Made by a program: the position numbers and the translations under genes. From assembly GCF_001194135.2 (NCBI RefSeq), contig NC_068985.1, positions 79,475,308 to 79,539,307 of the forward strand: 64,000 nt of DNA, given 5' to 3'. Positions 1-11,929 of this stretch are shown here, piece by piece. Positions within the stretch are counted from its first letter, which is position 1; each line of letters starts with the position of its first letter. The DNA is from Octopus bimaculoides. Lineage: Eukaryota. Below the pieces are notes generated by a model, which had not been told where the DNA came from, ran no database searches, and saw only the letters and a program-made list of their open reading frames with translations.

Positions 1-706
1 TCGTAGTGCTATAAACTATATCTAACTCCAAAGACGCCATTCTCACTATCTCACCATATTGCTCGAGATACACCAACGCATTTTAGCTAGAAGATATCTT
101 TAAATACTTCAGACAATATTCAGCTCTGTACAGCAAGTATGAAATGATAATCTAATGTAATTTCATGGCAAGTTTAAATCTCCACTACAGCTAATTTTAC
201 TTCACTGATGCAATTATTTTGTATCGGTGAAAAACACGAGTATCATAATCTGAGATAATACAGTCCCTCTGAAAACCTTTGTCTTCTTTAGGAATAGCAG
301 CACCAAAGTCTGTTTCTTTTTTTGTCTGAGGGCGTTCAATTGAGGTGAATATCTCTGAGTTTTAGTTGTTCTCTTTTCTTCTTGTCGCTATATATGTGTT
401 AGTTTTACTGTCCTTATAAATAGGTAGAAACATTTATATGTGGTGTACGTCCATTCCACCAGCAGCTAGACATATTTACCTAACAGCTGTATTTGTCATT
501 ATTTCTTGATGTCAAATAGATTTGCCAACAAGGATTGCTGTGTTTGAGCGAAATCTACGCATTTCAAAAACTGTTGTCTGACATTCTATAACAACACATA
601 CTGCCAACCATTGTATGCGTAATTCTGGTTGGAGATTTCCCATCTTTACCTCCGCTACTTAACCATGCAAGTAATAAGAATGGCAAAAACCTATGGAATA
701 TCAGTG

Positions 707-982
707 TCAATTCAGACACTTGCTCCGACAAGCAAGTGTTATGCTTTTTAGCATGCCTTTCTGGCGTGAATGATGAAAACCACGTCTCTCGATCTGCCGG
801 AACTTCTCTACCCACCTACTCTTCATCCATATAAATTGATACATTACTGTCCTCCTGTTCATGCATTCCATCATATCGGGTGTTGGGAAAAGATCTTTAT
901 CTGGAAAACTGTAATGTGTGATATAATCCAAACGGTCTTCTTTACCGCCTTCAGTTTTCTGCTTGTATTTTGAGGATGCCAT
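707..982 (-). CDS. Candidate 91-aa ORF or first coding exon of unknown function (MASSKYKQKTEGGKEDRLDYITHYSFP...)
   Basis: Minus-strand acceptor-like ...acctacctgcag| at 991/990, followed 8 nt later by AAAC-ATG-G in a good invertebrate start context; open to a stop at 707; possible internal donor AG|GTGGGT at 816/815. No recognisable homology. Confidence 0.25.
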   Translation of the reverse strand: MASSKYKQKTEGGKEDRLDYITHYSFPDKDLFPTPDMMECMNRRTVMYQFIWMKSRWVEKFRQIERRGFHHSRQKGMLKSITLACRSKCLN

Positions 983-1985
983 GTTTAAATCTGCAGGTAG
1001 GTCTAACAATAAAATATACAACTTAAAAGGCAATTGTGATGTCATTGTTATATTGGTCAATATAGTACTCGTTGTCGCTATTATTACATTAATTGTTGCT
1101 GTTGTTGTTAATGCTGCTGTTCCCCGTTTCTGGCGTCCACGATGGATGTAATGATGGCGGTTGTTCTGATGCTAGTGTTTTTTACGCACCATTCCCCTCC
1201 GAGGAAGCATCATTTGTTTATTGCTCCGCGTAGCATCCATATTGGCTATGGTTGTACTAATGTTGTTATTCGTGGTGGTCTTATTTTTACTACTGGTGAT
1301 GATGTAGATGATGGTAGTGGTGGTGGTGGTGGTGATGATAATAACACAAGAAATGACAACAAAATATAAATTATCAACAGTTTGCCTATGAAATGCCTGA
1401 ATCAAATGAAAATGAAATGCATGGAAGAAAGAAAAGATCTAGTCAAATGTGATGTACTCTGAAATACAGAATAGCACCAGGAACAACAAAAGAAGGCCTG
1501 CAACAGTAATTAGCGACTATAAATAGTTCAAATTATGGATTTTGTTGCGAGGAAAGGGAAAAAGCGTAAGGTTTCAGGCAGTAAGTACATACGTATTGTC
1601 GGAGATCATTAAACATATGTTTGATAATCATACTGAATAAATAACAAATATTCTCAGTATCAGAAAGAGTACTGACTGAAGTCTTTCTTAAGTGCTTCAT
1701 CTTGCTCACGGAATTAATTTTTTTTGCTTCCTTTTGATTTGTTTATATTAAATCAATTGTAGTTTGTTGTTTAAATTAAAGAAAGATTGAAATTAAAGAC
1801 AAGTGAGCCAGATACTTGGAGACGAATAAATAATGATGTTGATATATAGAGATGTGAACATTAAGTAAATTTGATTACAGAAATTAACGGTTAGGGTGGT
1901 ATGTATACATGTAAACAGTGTTGGGGAAGAATGTTTGCAGAAGTACAAAGTCCGTTAAATATAAAAGCAGATGTGAAATTTGAGT

Positions 1986-2118
1986 ATATAATGATACAGA
2001 CGTGAACAATTTGAAAAGTAAGATGTGAACGCACGGGATATTATACATGCATATAATGATACAGACGTGAACAATTTGAAAAGTAAGATGTGAACGCACG
2101 GGATATTATACATGCATA
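1986..2118. repeat. Perfect 65-bp tandem duplication
   Basis: atataatgatacagacgtgaac...ttatacatgc occurs at 1986 and again at 2051. Confidence 0.9.
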
Positions 2119-2197
2119 GGTAAACAGTAAATGAAAAATGTCCAGAAATGTTAACATTTGGGAAAATATGCATTCATATCTGAAGAGTTGTAGGAAG

Positions 2198-2229
<32 letters not shown>

Positions 2230-2245
2230 TGTATGTATTATGTAT

Positions 2246-2330
<85 letters not shown>
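2198..2330. repeat. (TATG)n + (TG)n microsatellite
   Basis: Directly visible. Confidence 0.95.
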
Positions 2331-2331
<1 letters not shown>

Positions 2332-3353
2332 TCGTCATCTTTTATTCTCTTTCTCTTTTCCTTTTCACGCCGAAACGACTGGTCCTATTTTCTATTGTCT
2401 CCCACTTTCAACCCATTTCGCTATGTGCTGTCCTTCGCGTTCTAATCCTTTAGGCTATTCCTCGTGGCGTTAACCATATTTCCGTCTCTCGTCTGGCCCA
2501 ACGTCCGTATTCTGTTTATTTATTTCAGTTTGTTCGTATGTCCACGTTTCGTCTTGCTTATTATCGTCTTTGTATATCGTCTCCACTAATGGTCTCGTCT
2601 TGAATCACATTTATTCATGTTTGTATGTTAACTTTCTGTATTACATATCTGTTAATTTATTGTTTGCTTGTTTACTTTCTGTCATGTTTGGTCCCTTGTT
2701 CGTTGGCTCACCATTTTCCAGCGGCTTCTTGCTGCCAGCGCCACCAGAAGGGAGCCAATATTATCGTTGAAGGGGCAAAATTGCGTTCGATCATCTGGCC
2801 GATAACTGATGAAGATTTGTTGACCTTCTGTGTCTGTTTNNNNNNNNNNNNNNNNNNNNNNNNNNNNNNNNNNNNNNNNNNNNNNNNNNNNNNNNNNNNN
2901 NNNNNNNNNNNNNNNNNNNNNNNNNNNNNNNNNNNNNNNNNNNNNNNNNNNNNNNNNNNNNNNNNNNNNNNNNNNNNNNNNNNNNNNNNNNNNNNNNNNN
3001 NNNNNNNNNNNNNNNNNNNNNNNNNNNNNNNNNNNNNNNNNNNNNNNNNNNNNNNNNNNNNNNNNNNNNNNNNNNNNNNNNNNNNNNNNNNNNNNNNNNN
3101 NNNNNNNNNNNNNNNNNNNNNNNNNNNNNNNNNNNNNNNNNNNNNNNNNNNNNNNNNNNNNNNNNNNNNNNNNNNNNNNNNNNNNNNNNNNNNNNNNNNN
3201 NNNNNNNNNNNNNNNNNNNNNNNGCTTTTGTGCGCCAAGAGACCACATGAGCGATCCTCGCAATGTAAATAACGCAGTATTTTGTGTTCCAACAAAATCT
3301 CCACGTTAAGTTGGAGATTAAGATTGCTTTTTCATACACACACACAGAGTCAC

Positions 3354-3384
<31 letters not shown>

Positions 3385-3950
3385 TGTATGTATATGTATA
3401 TAAATGTATGTATGTGTATATATGTTTTGAGTCAGACGTTTTGTAATACCTTGGTAACTTATTTTCTTTATTTGTCAAGTTACAACAAAAGCAGTCTGGC
3501 ATTGAAATTAGAGGACATCGTGTTGCACCGACTGAAGACACCTTTCTGCCAGGTCTTTAATCCCACACTGATACCAGTTCTTGTCCTTCAAGGTAAAAAA
3601 TTCCTTCACTGAAGTTTCGACCTCCCCTTGGTTGATAAATTGAACCATGGATTAACACAAGTGATAATCCGAGGAATCTAGGTCAGCACTATTTACTGTG
3701 TCTGATATCGAGTTTCTAGAATTTATTCCTCATCGTTCAAGCGATGTGAGGTCGTGCGTTATCTTGCTGCAGACGACCTCACTTTCTGTTAGCCGACGCC
3801 ATAAAATGGCGTACATCCGACGCATAATGGTATACATCATCTTCAGCTGTTCGGAGTACAGGTTAACATTGATGGTTCGACCGTCCGGAATGAATTCGTG
3901 GTGAATTATACCCTCATAATTCTACTACATGCAAAGTTCGAAGCGTAAAT

Positions 3951-4294
3951 TTTTGGCGACAGATTCCGGAAGCTGGCACTTGCTTAACCACTGCTTATCC
4001 TCGTTAAGATTGGGAAAAATTTATCTCTCGGATTATTATTGCTCAATATAAACCTGCTCCGGATATGAACTCAGAACATACCTATATGCATGACATTTTG
4101 TCTAGCGCTATACAAGTTATGCCCATTTTTGGCGACAGGTTCCGGAAGCTGACCCTTGCATAACCACTGTTTATGCACGTTAGGACTGCAGAAAAATATC
4201 CCCTTCGAGTTATTATTTGCTCAATATAAACCTCTTCCAGTTGTGAACTCAGAACGTTATCGGCCATGCCTATATGCATGACATTTTGGCTAGC
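3951..4294. repeat. Diverged ~176-bp tandem duplication
   Basis: ttttggcgacag(a/g)ttccggaagctg...gctcaatataaacct...cctatatgcatgacatttt at 3951-4106 and 4127-4294, with substitutions and indels. Confidence 0.8.
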
Positions 4295-4379
4295 AGTATA
4301 CCATCTCTGCTCTCTCACCAACGGAAGCAATATATACAATAGATTAGTTATTGCGACAAAACACGACAGTCAATAACAA

Positions 4380-4732
4380 CAACAGCAATAACCACAACAT
4401 GAAGTAAACACAGTAACAAGTGTCTCAACTATTCCATTACGACAACCACTACCAACCACACCATCACATCTATCACCACAAGCACCACTGCCACCACCAT
4501 CATCACCACCACCAACCTCCTCCTCCTCCTCTCTCCTACTCCTTCTCATCGTCATCATATAATAAATACTGCAACAATTACATGGGTAACTCCAGCATAT
4601 CGGTCACGTGTCTTCAACATTATCATCATCATCACTAAAATCAACGACATCATTACATTATCACCGTCAACGTTTCACCATTATTGTAGTTAGTGAGTTG
4701 TCATCGTCATCATCACCACCACCACCACCACC

Positions 4733-4766
<34 letters not shown>

Positions 4767-4841
4767 TCATCGTTATTATCGTCATCATCCTCATCCTCAC
4801 CATCATCATCATCGTCATCATCATCATCGTTATCATCGTCG

Positions 4842-4880
<39 letters not shown>

Positions 4881-4950
4881 CCATCACCATCATCATCATC
4901 ATCATCGTCATCACTATTATCGTCGTCATCAACAGCAGCAAGAAAAAAAC
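4380..4950. repeat. Imperfect (CAT/CAC/CGT)n trinucleotide low-complexity tract
   Basis: Directly visible; source of the poly-His/Ser/Met pseudo-ORFs. Confidence 0.9.
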
Positions 4951-5040
4951 CATGAGTTTGGAGAAACTACATAGCCCCCTCCCAAACTGCACTCGCATCC
5001 AATTCCGAAGAACACTCTCCCACACTCGTTTTACTAAATC

Positions 5041-5264
5041 AAATATGGCGGCTGATGTACTGATAGAAAGAGTGCAAGCAAATACGTGCAGTTTTCAATT
5101 CACCTTTATATGATGCAGCTCTGACAGCACCAGCACCATCAGCATCGACGCCGCTGACGTTACTATCATCGCCAACACTGCTGAAGGAGATAGCAAACAC
5201 AGGCATCTGATTGGTTCAAAAACGGGTCAGTTATTTTCTAAAGAGCGACCGATTTTATCACGTG
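5041..5264. promoter_or_regulatory. Promoter-like motif cluster (YY1-like, NF-Y CCAAT box, E-box)
   Basis: AATATGGCGGC at 5042-5052, CTGATTGGTT (= AACCAATCAG) at 5207-5216 and TCACGTG at 5258-5264 in a unique, relatively GC/CpG-rich island between microsatellites; minus-strand donor AAG|GTGAAT at 5104/5103. Confidence 0.35.
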
Positions 5265-5373
5265 CCAGGCAGTCTGTCACTGCGTAAACGAGTATATACA
5301 CGCACACACGCATACACATACACAAGCATGCACACACGCACGTATGCACGTAAACACGTACAAATGTTCATGC

Positions 5374-5418
<45 letters not shown>

Positions 5419-5739
5419 ATATACCTACATACGCACACAGCTACATGTTTGAATATAAACACATACGTGAACACACACAACCACAAACATACACCGACAT
5501 ATGTCTGTTTATAAGAATGTGCTTGTGCACGAATTTGCATGCATGTATATGTATATAAGCTTGTATGTAGATATGTGTGTGCTTGTATGTGTGTGTGTGT
5601 TTACTTCTTTCCTCATCTTTCTATCAGTCCCTGTACCTTTCTGACTAGGTAATTATTAAACAACTTGTCAACTTCGCCGTCAGTCTGTCTGTCCGTCGAT
5701 CAGCCATTTTCTTTCTTCTTTCGCTTCTTTTCCTCTCAG

Positions 5740-5786
5740 TACAGAGAGAGAGAGAGAGAGAAAGAGAGAGATAGAGAGAGAGATAA

Positions 5787-5821
<35 letters not shown>

Positions 5822-5997
5822 AAGAGATAGAGAGAGATAGAGAGAGAGAGGGAGCAGAAAGACAGACAGACAGACACAAACACACACAGACACAAACACG
5901 CACACACAGACACACACACGCACACACAGACACACAAACAAACACGCAGAAAAGTACGCACGTAAACACAAACAAATATACACGTAAACAAACACAA

Positions 5998-6068
<71 letters not shown>
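5740..6068. repeat. Compound (GA)n/(CA)n/(TA)n microsatellite
   Basis: Directly visible. Confidence 0.9.
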
Positions 6069-6069
<1 letters not shown>

Positions 6070-6601
6070 GCGTGTATGTGTACGCACGTATTTATATATG
6101 TCTACGTGTGTGTGTGTGTGTGTGTGTTTCAGCGTGTGTGTCTATACGAATGAATACTAGTCGATTTACTATATTTTCCATCCGTTCATCCATCCGTCTA
6201 TCCATCTGTTAAATTTTCCATCTTCGATATATGTGCAACTGTATCGTTATGTCACTCTAATCTTCTATGCATACATGCATATATCGACGTATGCATTAAT
6301 GCATTGTATGCGTTTGTTTTTGTATGAATTTGTGTATGTACGAGCGTATATATACGTACATGTATCTACATATGTTTCTATTAATCTATCATAACTGACA
6401 TCTACACAAACACAAGCACACACGGACATGGGCACACACGCACTCGGGTACACACGCACACACATGCATACTTCTATATTTTTGTGTGTGGACATATATT
6501 TCTATGCGCATGTGCGCACCTGCGTGCCATATATATATGTTGTGTGTGTGTGTGAGTGTGTCTGTGTGTGCCTGTATGTATGTATATACATACATATATA
6601 T

Positions 6602-6997
6602 GGAGGCGCAATGGCTCAGTGGTTAGGGCAGCGGACACGCGGTCATAGGATCGCGGTTTCGATTTCCAGACCGGGCGCTGTGAGTGTTTATTGAGCGAAA
6701 ACACCTAAGGCCCCACGAGGCTCCGGCAGGGGATGGTGGCGAACCTTGCTGTACTCTTTCACCACAACTTTCTCTCACTCTTACTTCCTGTTTCTGTTGT
6801 GCCTGTAATTCAAAGGGTCATCCTTGTCACACTGTGTCACGCTGAATATCCCCGAGAACTACGTTTAGGGTACACGTGTCTGTGGAGTGCTCAGCCACTT
6901 GCACGTTAATTTCACGAGCAGGCTGTTCCGTTGACCGGATCAACTGGAACGCACGACGTCGTTAGCGACGGAGTGCCAACAGCAACAACAACAACAG
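6602..6997 (+). mobile_element. tRNA-derived SINE, family C, full length
   Basis: Head GGAGGCGCAATGGCTCAGTGGTTAGGGC...GGTTTCGATTTCC with A/B-box-like motifs, (ACA)n tail; second copy at 18464-18822. Confidence 0.85.
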
Positions 6998-7007
6998 CAC
7001 ACACACG

Positions 7008-7075
<68 letters not shown>

Positions 7076-7219
7076 ACATACATACATACATACACCACAT
7101 ATGCATGTACATGTATTTGTGTTTGTGTTTCTCAGAGTGTGTATGCTTCTTTTATCTAACGATCTCTGCATGTGTATATGTATATATCTATGTATGTATA
7201 TTTGTTTGTGTGTGCTTGT

Positions 7220-7408
7220 GTGTCTGTGTTTGTCCCCACCATCACTTGACAACAGATTGTAACGTGTCTACGTCCCCGTAACATAGCGGTTCAGCAAAAT
7301 CAACCGATAGAATAAGTATTATGCTTACAAAGTCCTGGTGTCGATTTGTCGACTAAAAGCAGTGCTCCAGCATGGCCGCAGTCAAATGACTGGAACAAAT
7401 GAAAGAAA
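7220..7408 (+). mobile_element. SINE family B, 3' part
   Basis: Shared tail ...ccgatagaataagta...ccagcatggccgcagtcaaatgactg also present at 8000, 16.9 kb, 25.1 kb and 32.8 kb. Confidence 0.75.
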
Positions 7409-7999
7409 ATTCATATATATATATATATGCATACGTATACATACATTTATACATATATATATAAATTTACACACACATACGTATACATATATATATGCAT
7501 ATATATATAAATTTACACACACACACACACACACACACAGACATATAGATACATAAAAGGCATATAGATATATGTGTATGTTTGTGCGAGTGTGTACGGA
7601 TGTGATTTTTAGAAAATGTGCACACACTCTTTTAAACAATCAATACGGCTTCCCCTATTAATACATTCCACTCTCACGTATTCCTCTATATGAATGACTG
7701 TGTGTGTGTGTGCGTATATGTAAATACACAAACAAACATATTATATGTACGCGTATCAGCTCTAAGAAGTGGTGTGTATAACTACAAACTTCTTGCCAAT
7801 TCAGAATATGCTTTAGACATATTCGAATCTGTAAGAAAGCCATTCATTTTATTTTGTCGCGGAGAAAATTTATAGCTGTAGACAGAAACACGCTGACACA
7901 CCGAGTTAGCTGGCTGAACACCCCGTAACCAGAATGTTATGCATGTATGTACGTATTATGTATGTATGTATTATGTATGTGTTTTCTTTTATTTTTTCT

Positions 8000-8195
8000 T
8001 TTACTTGTTTCAGTCATTTGACGGTGGCCATGCTGGAGCACCGCCTGTAGTCGAACAAATATACCCCAAGACTTATTCTTTGTAAGCTTAGTACTTATTC
8101 TATCGGTTTCTTTTGCCGAACCGCTATGTTACGAGGACGTAAACACACCAAAACCGGTTGTTAAGCGATGGTTGGGGTCAACCACAAACACATAC
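8000..8195 (-). mobile_element. SINE family B, 3' part
   Basis: Reverse complement of the same tail (tttcagtcatttgacggtggccatgctggagcaccgcc...agtacttattctatcgg). Confidence 0.75.
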
Positions 8196-8667
8196 GCACA
8201 TAAACACACACGCACGCACACACACATACACACACACACACACACACACANNNNNNNNNNNNNNNNNNNNNNNNNNNNNNNNNNNNNNNNNNNNNNNNNN
8301 NNNNNNNNNNNNNNNNNNNNNNNNNNNNNNNNNNNNNNNNNNNNNNNNNNNNNNNNNNNNNNNNNNNNNNNNNNNNNNNNNNNNNNNNNNNNNNNNNNNN
8401 NNNNNNNNNNNNNNNNNNNNNNNNNNNNNNNNNNNNNNNNNNNNNNNNNNNNNNNNNNNNNNNNNNNNNNNNNNNNNNNNNNNNNNNNNNNNNNNNNNNN
8501 NNNNNNNNNNNNNNNNNNNNNNNNNNNNNNNNNNNNNNNNNNNNNNNNNNNNNNNNNNNNNNNNNNNNNNNNNNNNNNNNNNNNNNNNNNNNNNNNNNNN
8601 NNNNNNNNNNNNNNNNNNNNNNNNNNNNNNNNNNNNNNNNNNNNNNNNNNNNNNNNNNNNNNNNNNN

Positions 8668-8700
<33 letters not shown>

Positions 8701-9049
8701 TTGTGTGGAGGGATACATTTGGATAAATAGATACAGAAAAAGGAAAGGAACAATATGTGAACTCGTTTTAATTATTTATGTTTTGTGTGTATGTATGCGT
8801 GTGTATGAGAGTGTGTGCATTGTGTGTATGAGTGTATATTTGTGTGTCTGTGTATTTCTGAAAATTTTAGTGAAAGATAATCTAGCTTCGTTCCGGTGAA
8901 ATATCTTCAAATTAAATTTCCTGAAACTAAGTTATTTGCTAGTTTAACGATATTTCTATCACTGCTCCTGTAAGATGCAAGTACAACAGATCTGACGTAA
9001 TTATCTGTGACACACAAAAAACAAAAGTCTACATGTAAAGATCCGTTTC

Positions 9050-9830
9050 AACTAGATCGTGGCACAGTTTACAGATTTGTGGGCTGTGTAGCCGGTGACT
9101 TAAAATTGTGAACAGGCTACTCTTTCCCTATATATTGGTCAACTTAATTCTCTATTTAGATACAATCAGGAGGACCAGATGCGATTCGTCCGTTTCCTTA
9201 TTTTTAACTTCCAAGACATCCAGTCAGTTGGGAACGTTTGAAAAGGCTTGAGAGCTTTCTGCATAACCCTCTCCTATTGGCAAAAGCCATGCAATCTCAT
9301 CGAGCATCGAAGGTGATGCTCTAATCTCCCATTTGCACTAAAGAGCGGGTCATTTCCAGAAAACGCTCTAGATGCCTAAAGAAATCTGGTTACTCAGTCC
9401 CTGGGCAGGGAGTAGATGGCTTCTATTTGGAAGTTAAGGCTTTTGTTTCTGGTCACTTCTAGCACTGAAGTACACAGAAGATGGTTCGTATTGTGAGATC
9501 CTCAGCTTTCCGATATAACACAGGTACTCCGATGCCCGGTCAGCTTTAAGATGTCTATACATCATAGCCATCGAAGATTAGCGTGGTGGGTCGTGGCTCT
9601 GAATTTCTGGTCACCCAGGAGGCTATTATATTTATGTCTAATGACCTGAGGTCATTGATAAGGTGACATTGCTTCCAAGTCGACGCGACACATCCTAAAA
9701 GAATGCTAGCAGCAGTCGACCATTGGTGACTAAGTCCGTCTGCGCAGACTACAGTGGTTTGGCCGCGTCTGCAGGATGAGTAACGGAAGACTACCACACC
9801 AACTGTTGTGGGGGGCAGCGACCGACGCAC
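9050..9830 (-). mobile_element. Decayed Tx1/L1-like ORF2 AP-endonuclease fragment
   Basis: Translation KQCHLINDLRSLDINIIA...GIGVPVLYRK...DFFRHLERFL...MGD...YLNR...GYTAHKSV matches the APE motif order; many stops. Confidence 0.7.
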
Positions 9831-10207
9831 TAGAAAATCCAGTCAATCGCACCAAAAAAGTGGTGATGATGATAATGATAGCGTTGATGGTATAAGTGTT
9901 GTTGTTGTGGGAGGTGTTAATGTATGCTATTTAAATGCATCGCTTCCGTTGGTACAAAACTCCGAACTTTTTTGTTGAGGAAAATGTTTTCGCTCACTTC
10001 TTGTCTTTTTATTGGGCACTTTTTCACGTTTAGAGTCTTCCTTGTTAGTTTCAGCTCGAGACTTGTCTGAATGGTCCGAGGTGAAGTATGGAATATCTTG
10101 CAGGTGTTTGTAATTTTGTTACATAGTGAACTGGTATCAGTGTGAATTTCTTACGGTGGAGTACTCGTAATCTAAGGGCTTCTGATCGACAAATCATTCG
10201 TATAGAG

Positions 10208-10372
10208 CAGTGGTTCCCCAACTTTTCACTACCAAGGTCTCCTTTTATTTAAATGAGTTTTCCCACAGATCCCAGGATATTGAAAGTTCTGTCAGCTTAA
10301 CATGTTCACAGACCCCCAGTATTACCTTTGCGGACGACCTGGGGTCCGCGGACCGCAGGTTGGGAACCACTG
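10208..10372. mobile_element. hAT (Charlie-type) MITE, 165 bp
   Basis: TIRs CAGTGGTTCCC(C)AAC / GTTGGGAACCACTG; 8-bp TSD GTATAGAG (10200-10207) / GTATAGAT (10373-10380). Confidence 0.85.
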
Positions 10373-11236
10373 GTATAGATCCATACTAGTTAATACATGT
10401 AACAAAGCCTATGTTACCCCAGATACTATTCAAGGACAGTTAAACATTTTCTACGCAGGCTCATTCCAGTCTATGCCTCACCAATGATATATATATCTGC
10501 ATATTTTCGGTCTTCTCTCTATTATCTCAAGGAACTATGCCGGTATTGTAATTGCAACTTTTCAGCTACTGCAAAGTACTGATGTTTTTTGTCCAATGGG
10601 ACAAGGACAAAATCAAAAGTTTTTGCAACATCAGCAAATGAGTTAGATTTGCTGTGCTTCCACTACGTGCCTGTATATTTGCTGCTGTTCTTTCTTCTGT
10701 TATTGCTTATAACTTTTGTGGAGGTTGTAGTTAGATTAGTAGTACTATAGTTTGTTGAATTTATTTCCCTTATTGGTCATTTTGTGGACGACGGCGGCGG
10801 TTTTCTACTATTTGGCAGATCGCTGCTGTTATTGTTGTTGTTGCTGCTATTGTCATTCTGGCTACTGTTGATACTACTGCTACAGTTGTTGGTCACTGCT
10901 GCGGTTGTGATGCTATGTGGTCAGAGGTATTGACTTCGAACGAGGGTTTCACATTGAAAACACCACTTACTTTATTCTAGCTGCCCGATAGCTTCAAAGC
11001 CTTTTTGGAAATTTTGTTTTACTTTGAATACAATGGGGTGAGTAATTAAAAAGAATCAACCAGTTCCTTATAGTCCTAGTTGGCTTAACACGATAAAAAC
11101 AATAAAATTAAGAAATACAACCAACTGGAAAGAAAAAGAAGACACAGGCTAACGGAGCTTCTGAATCACATTCAGCTAGTGTGATGAACAATAACAATAA
11201 CGAAAATGACAAGAATTAATAAATTTTAATTATAGT

Positions 11237-11289
<53 letters not shown>

Positions 11290-11304
11290 TGATGATGATG
11301 GTAA

Positions 11305-11770
11305 GATATTATTATAAAAGATCAGACTAAGAACATGTGTTTATTAATTGACATGAGTATTCCCTGCGATTATAATATAGCGGCGAAAGAATTTGACAAG
11401 ATCAGTAAATATAAAGACTTGCTAATAGAAATTGAAAAAACGAGGCACCGTACCAGTGATTGTAGGATCTCTAGGAATGATAAAAAAAGGTCTGAAACCT
11501 ACTTGAATATGATACAGGAAGTGTAAAAATCGTGTTAACTGGAACGACTCATGTACTGAGAAGAGCATTATCGCTGTGAAAACAACATCTATTAATGAAT
11601 TTATTTATTTATTATTTTTTTTTTAAATACATATTTTACCTGAGAATTTGTGTGTGTAAACTGGGAATGTATACAATGAGTTTCTCTGCCCTAGCTGTAC
11701 GGAAAACACTCGGCGAGAAATGGAAGAAAATTTGAAGAAAGAAGAAAAAAAAAACAACATAATAATAATA
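11305..11770 (+). mobile_element. 5'-truncated R4/Dong-type non-LTR retrotransposon, 3' end (restriction-like endonuclease + 3'UTR)
   Basis: DIIIKDQTKNMCLLIDMSIPCDYNIAAKEFDKISKYKDLLIEIEK...TTHVLRRALSL*; (TAA)n on both sides; 3'UTR shared with 20808-20900 and 42265-42336. Confidence 0.85.
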
Positions 11771-11929
11771 ATTTTATTATTATTCTTATTATTGTTCATC
11801 TATCAACACGTATTGTACATTTCTCCCATAAGTTTTTTTTGTTATTTATACTGTACATTTGCTATCGTTATATAAATAAACGAACCGGTACCTTAGGAAG
11901 CCAGTAAGATTTTCTCCATCTGTAGCTCT

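Noticed and set aside
2760-2840. QIFISYRPDD resembles the start of a TIR domain (FISYR)
   Set aside because: The downstream residues do not follow the TIR pattern; a five-residue match is insufficient.
3746-3782. 10-bp stem hairpin GTGAGGTCGT...ACGACCTCAC
   Set aside because: About one or two such stems are expected by chance in 64 kb.
6602-6680. tRNA-like sequences at SINE heads (also 18067, 18750-18822, 24844, 46410-46482)
   Set aside because: Each continues into a shared SINE body and tail and shows no intact acceptor stem or cloverleaf; not called tRNA genes.
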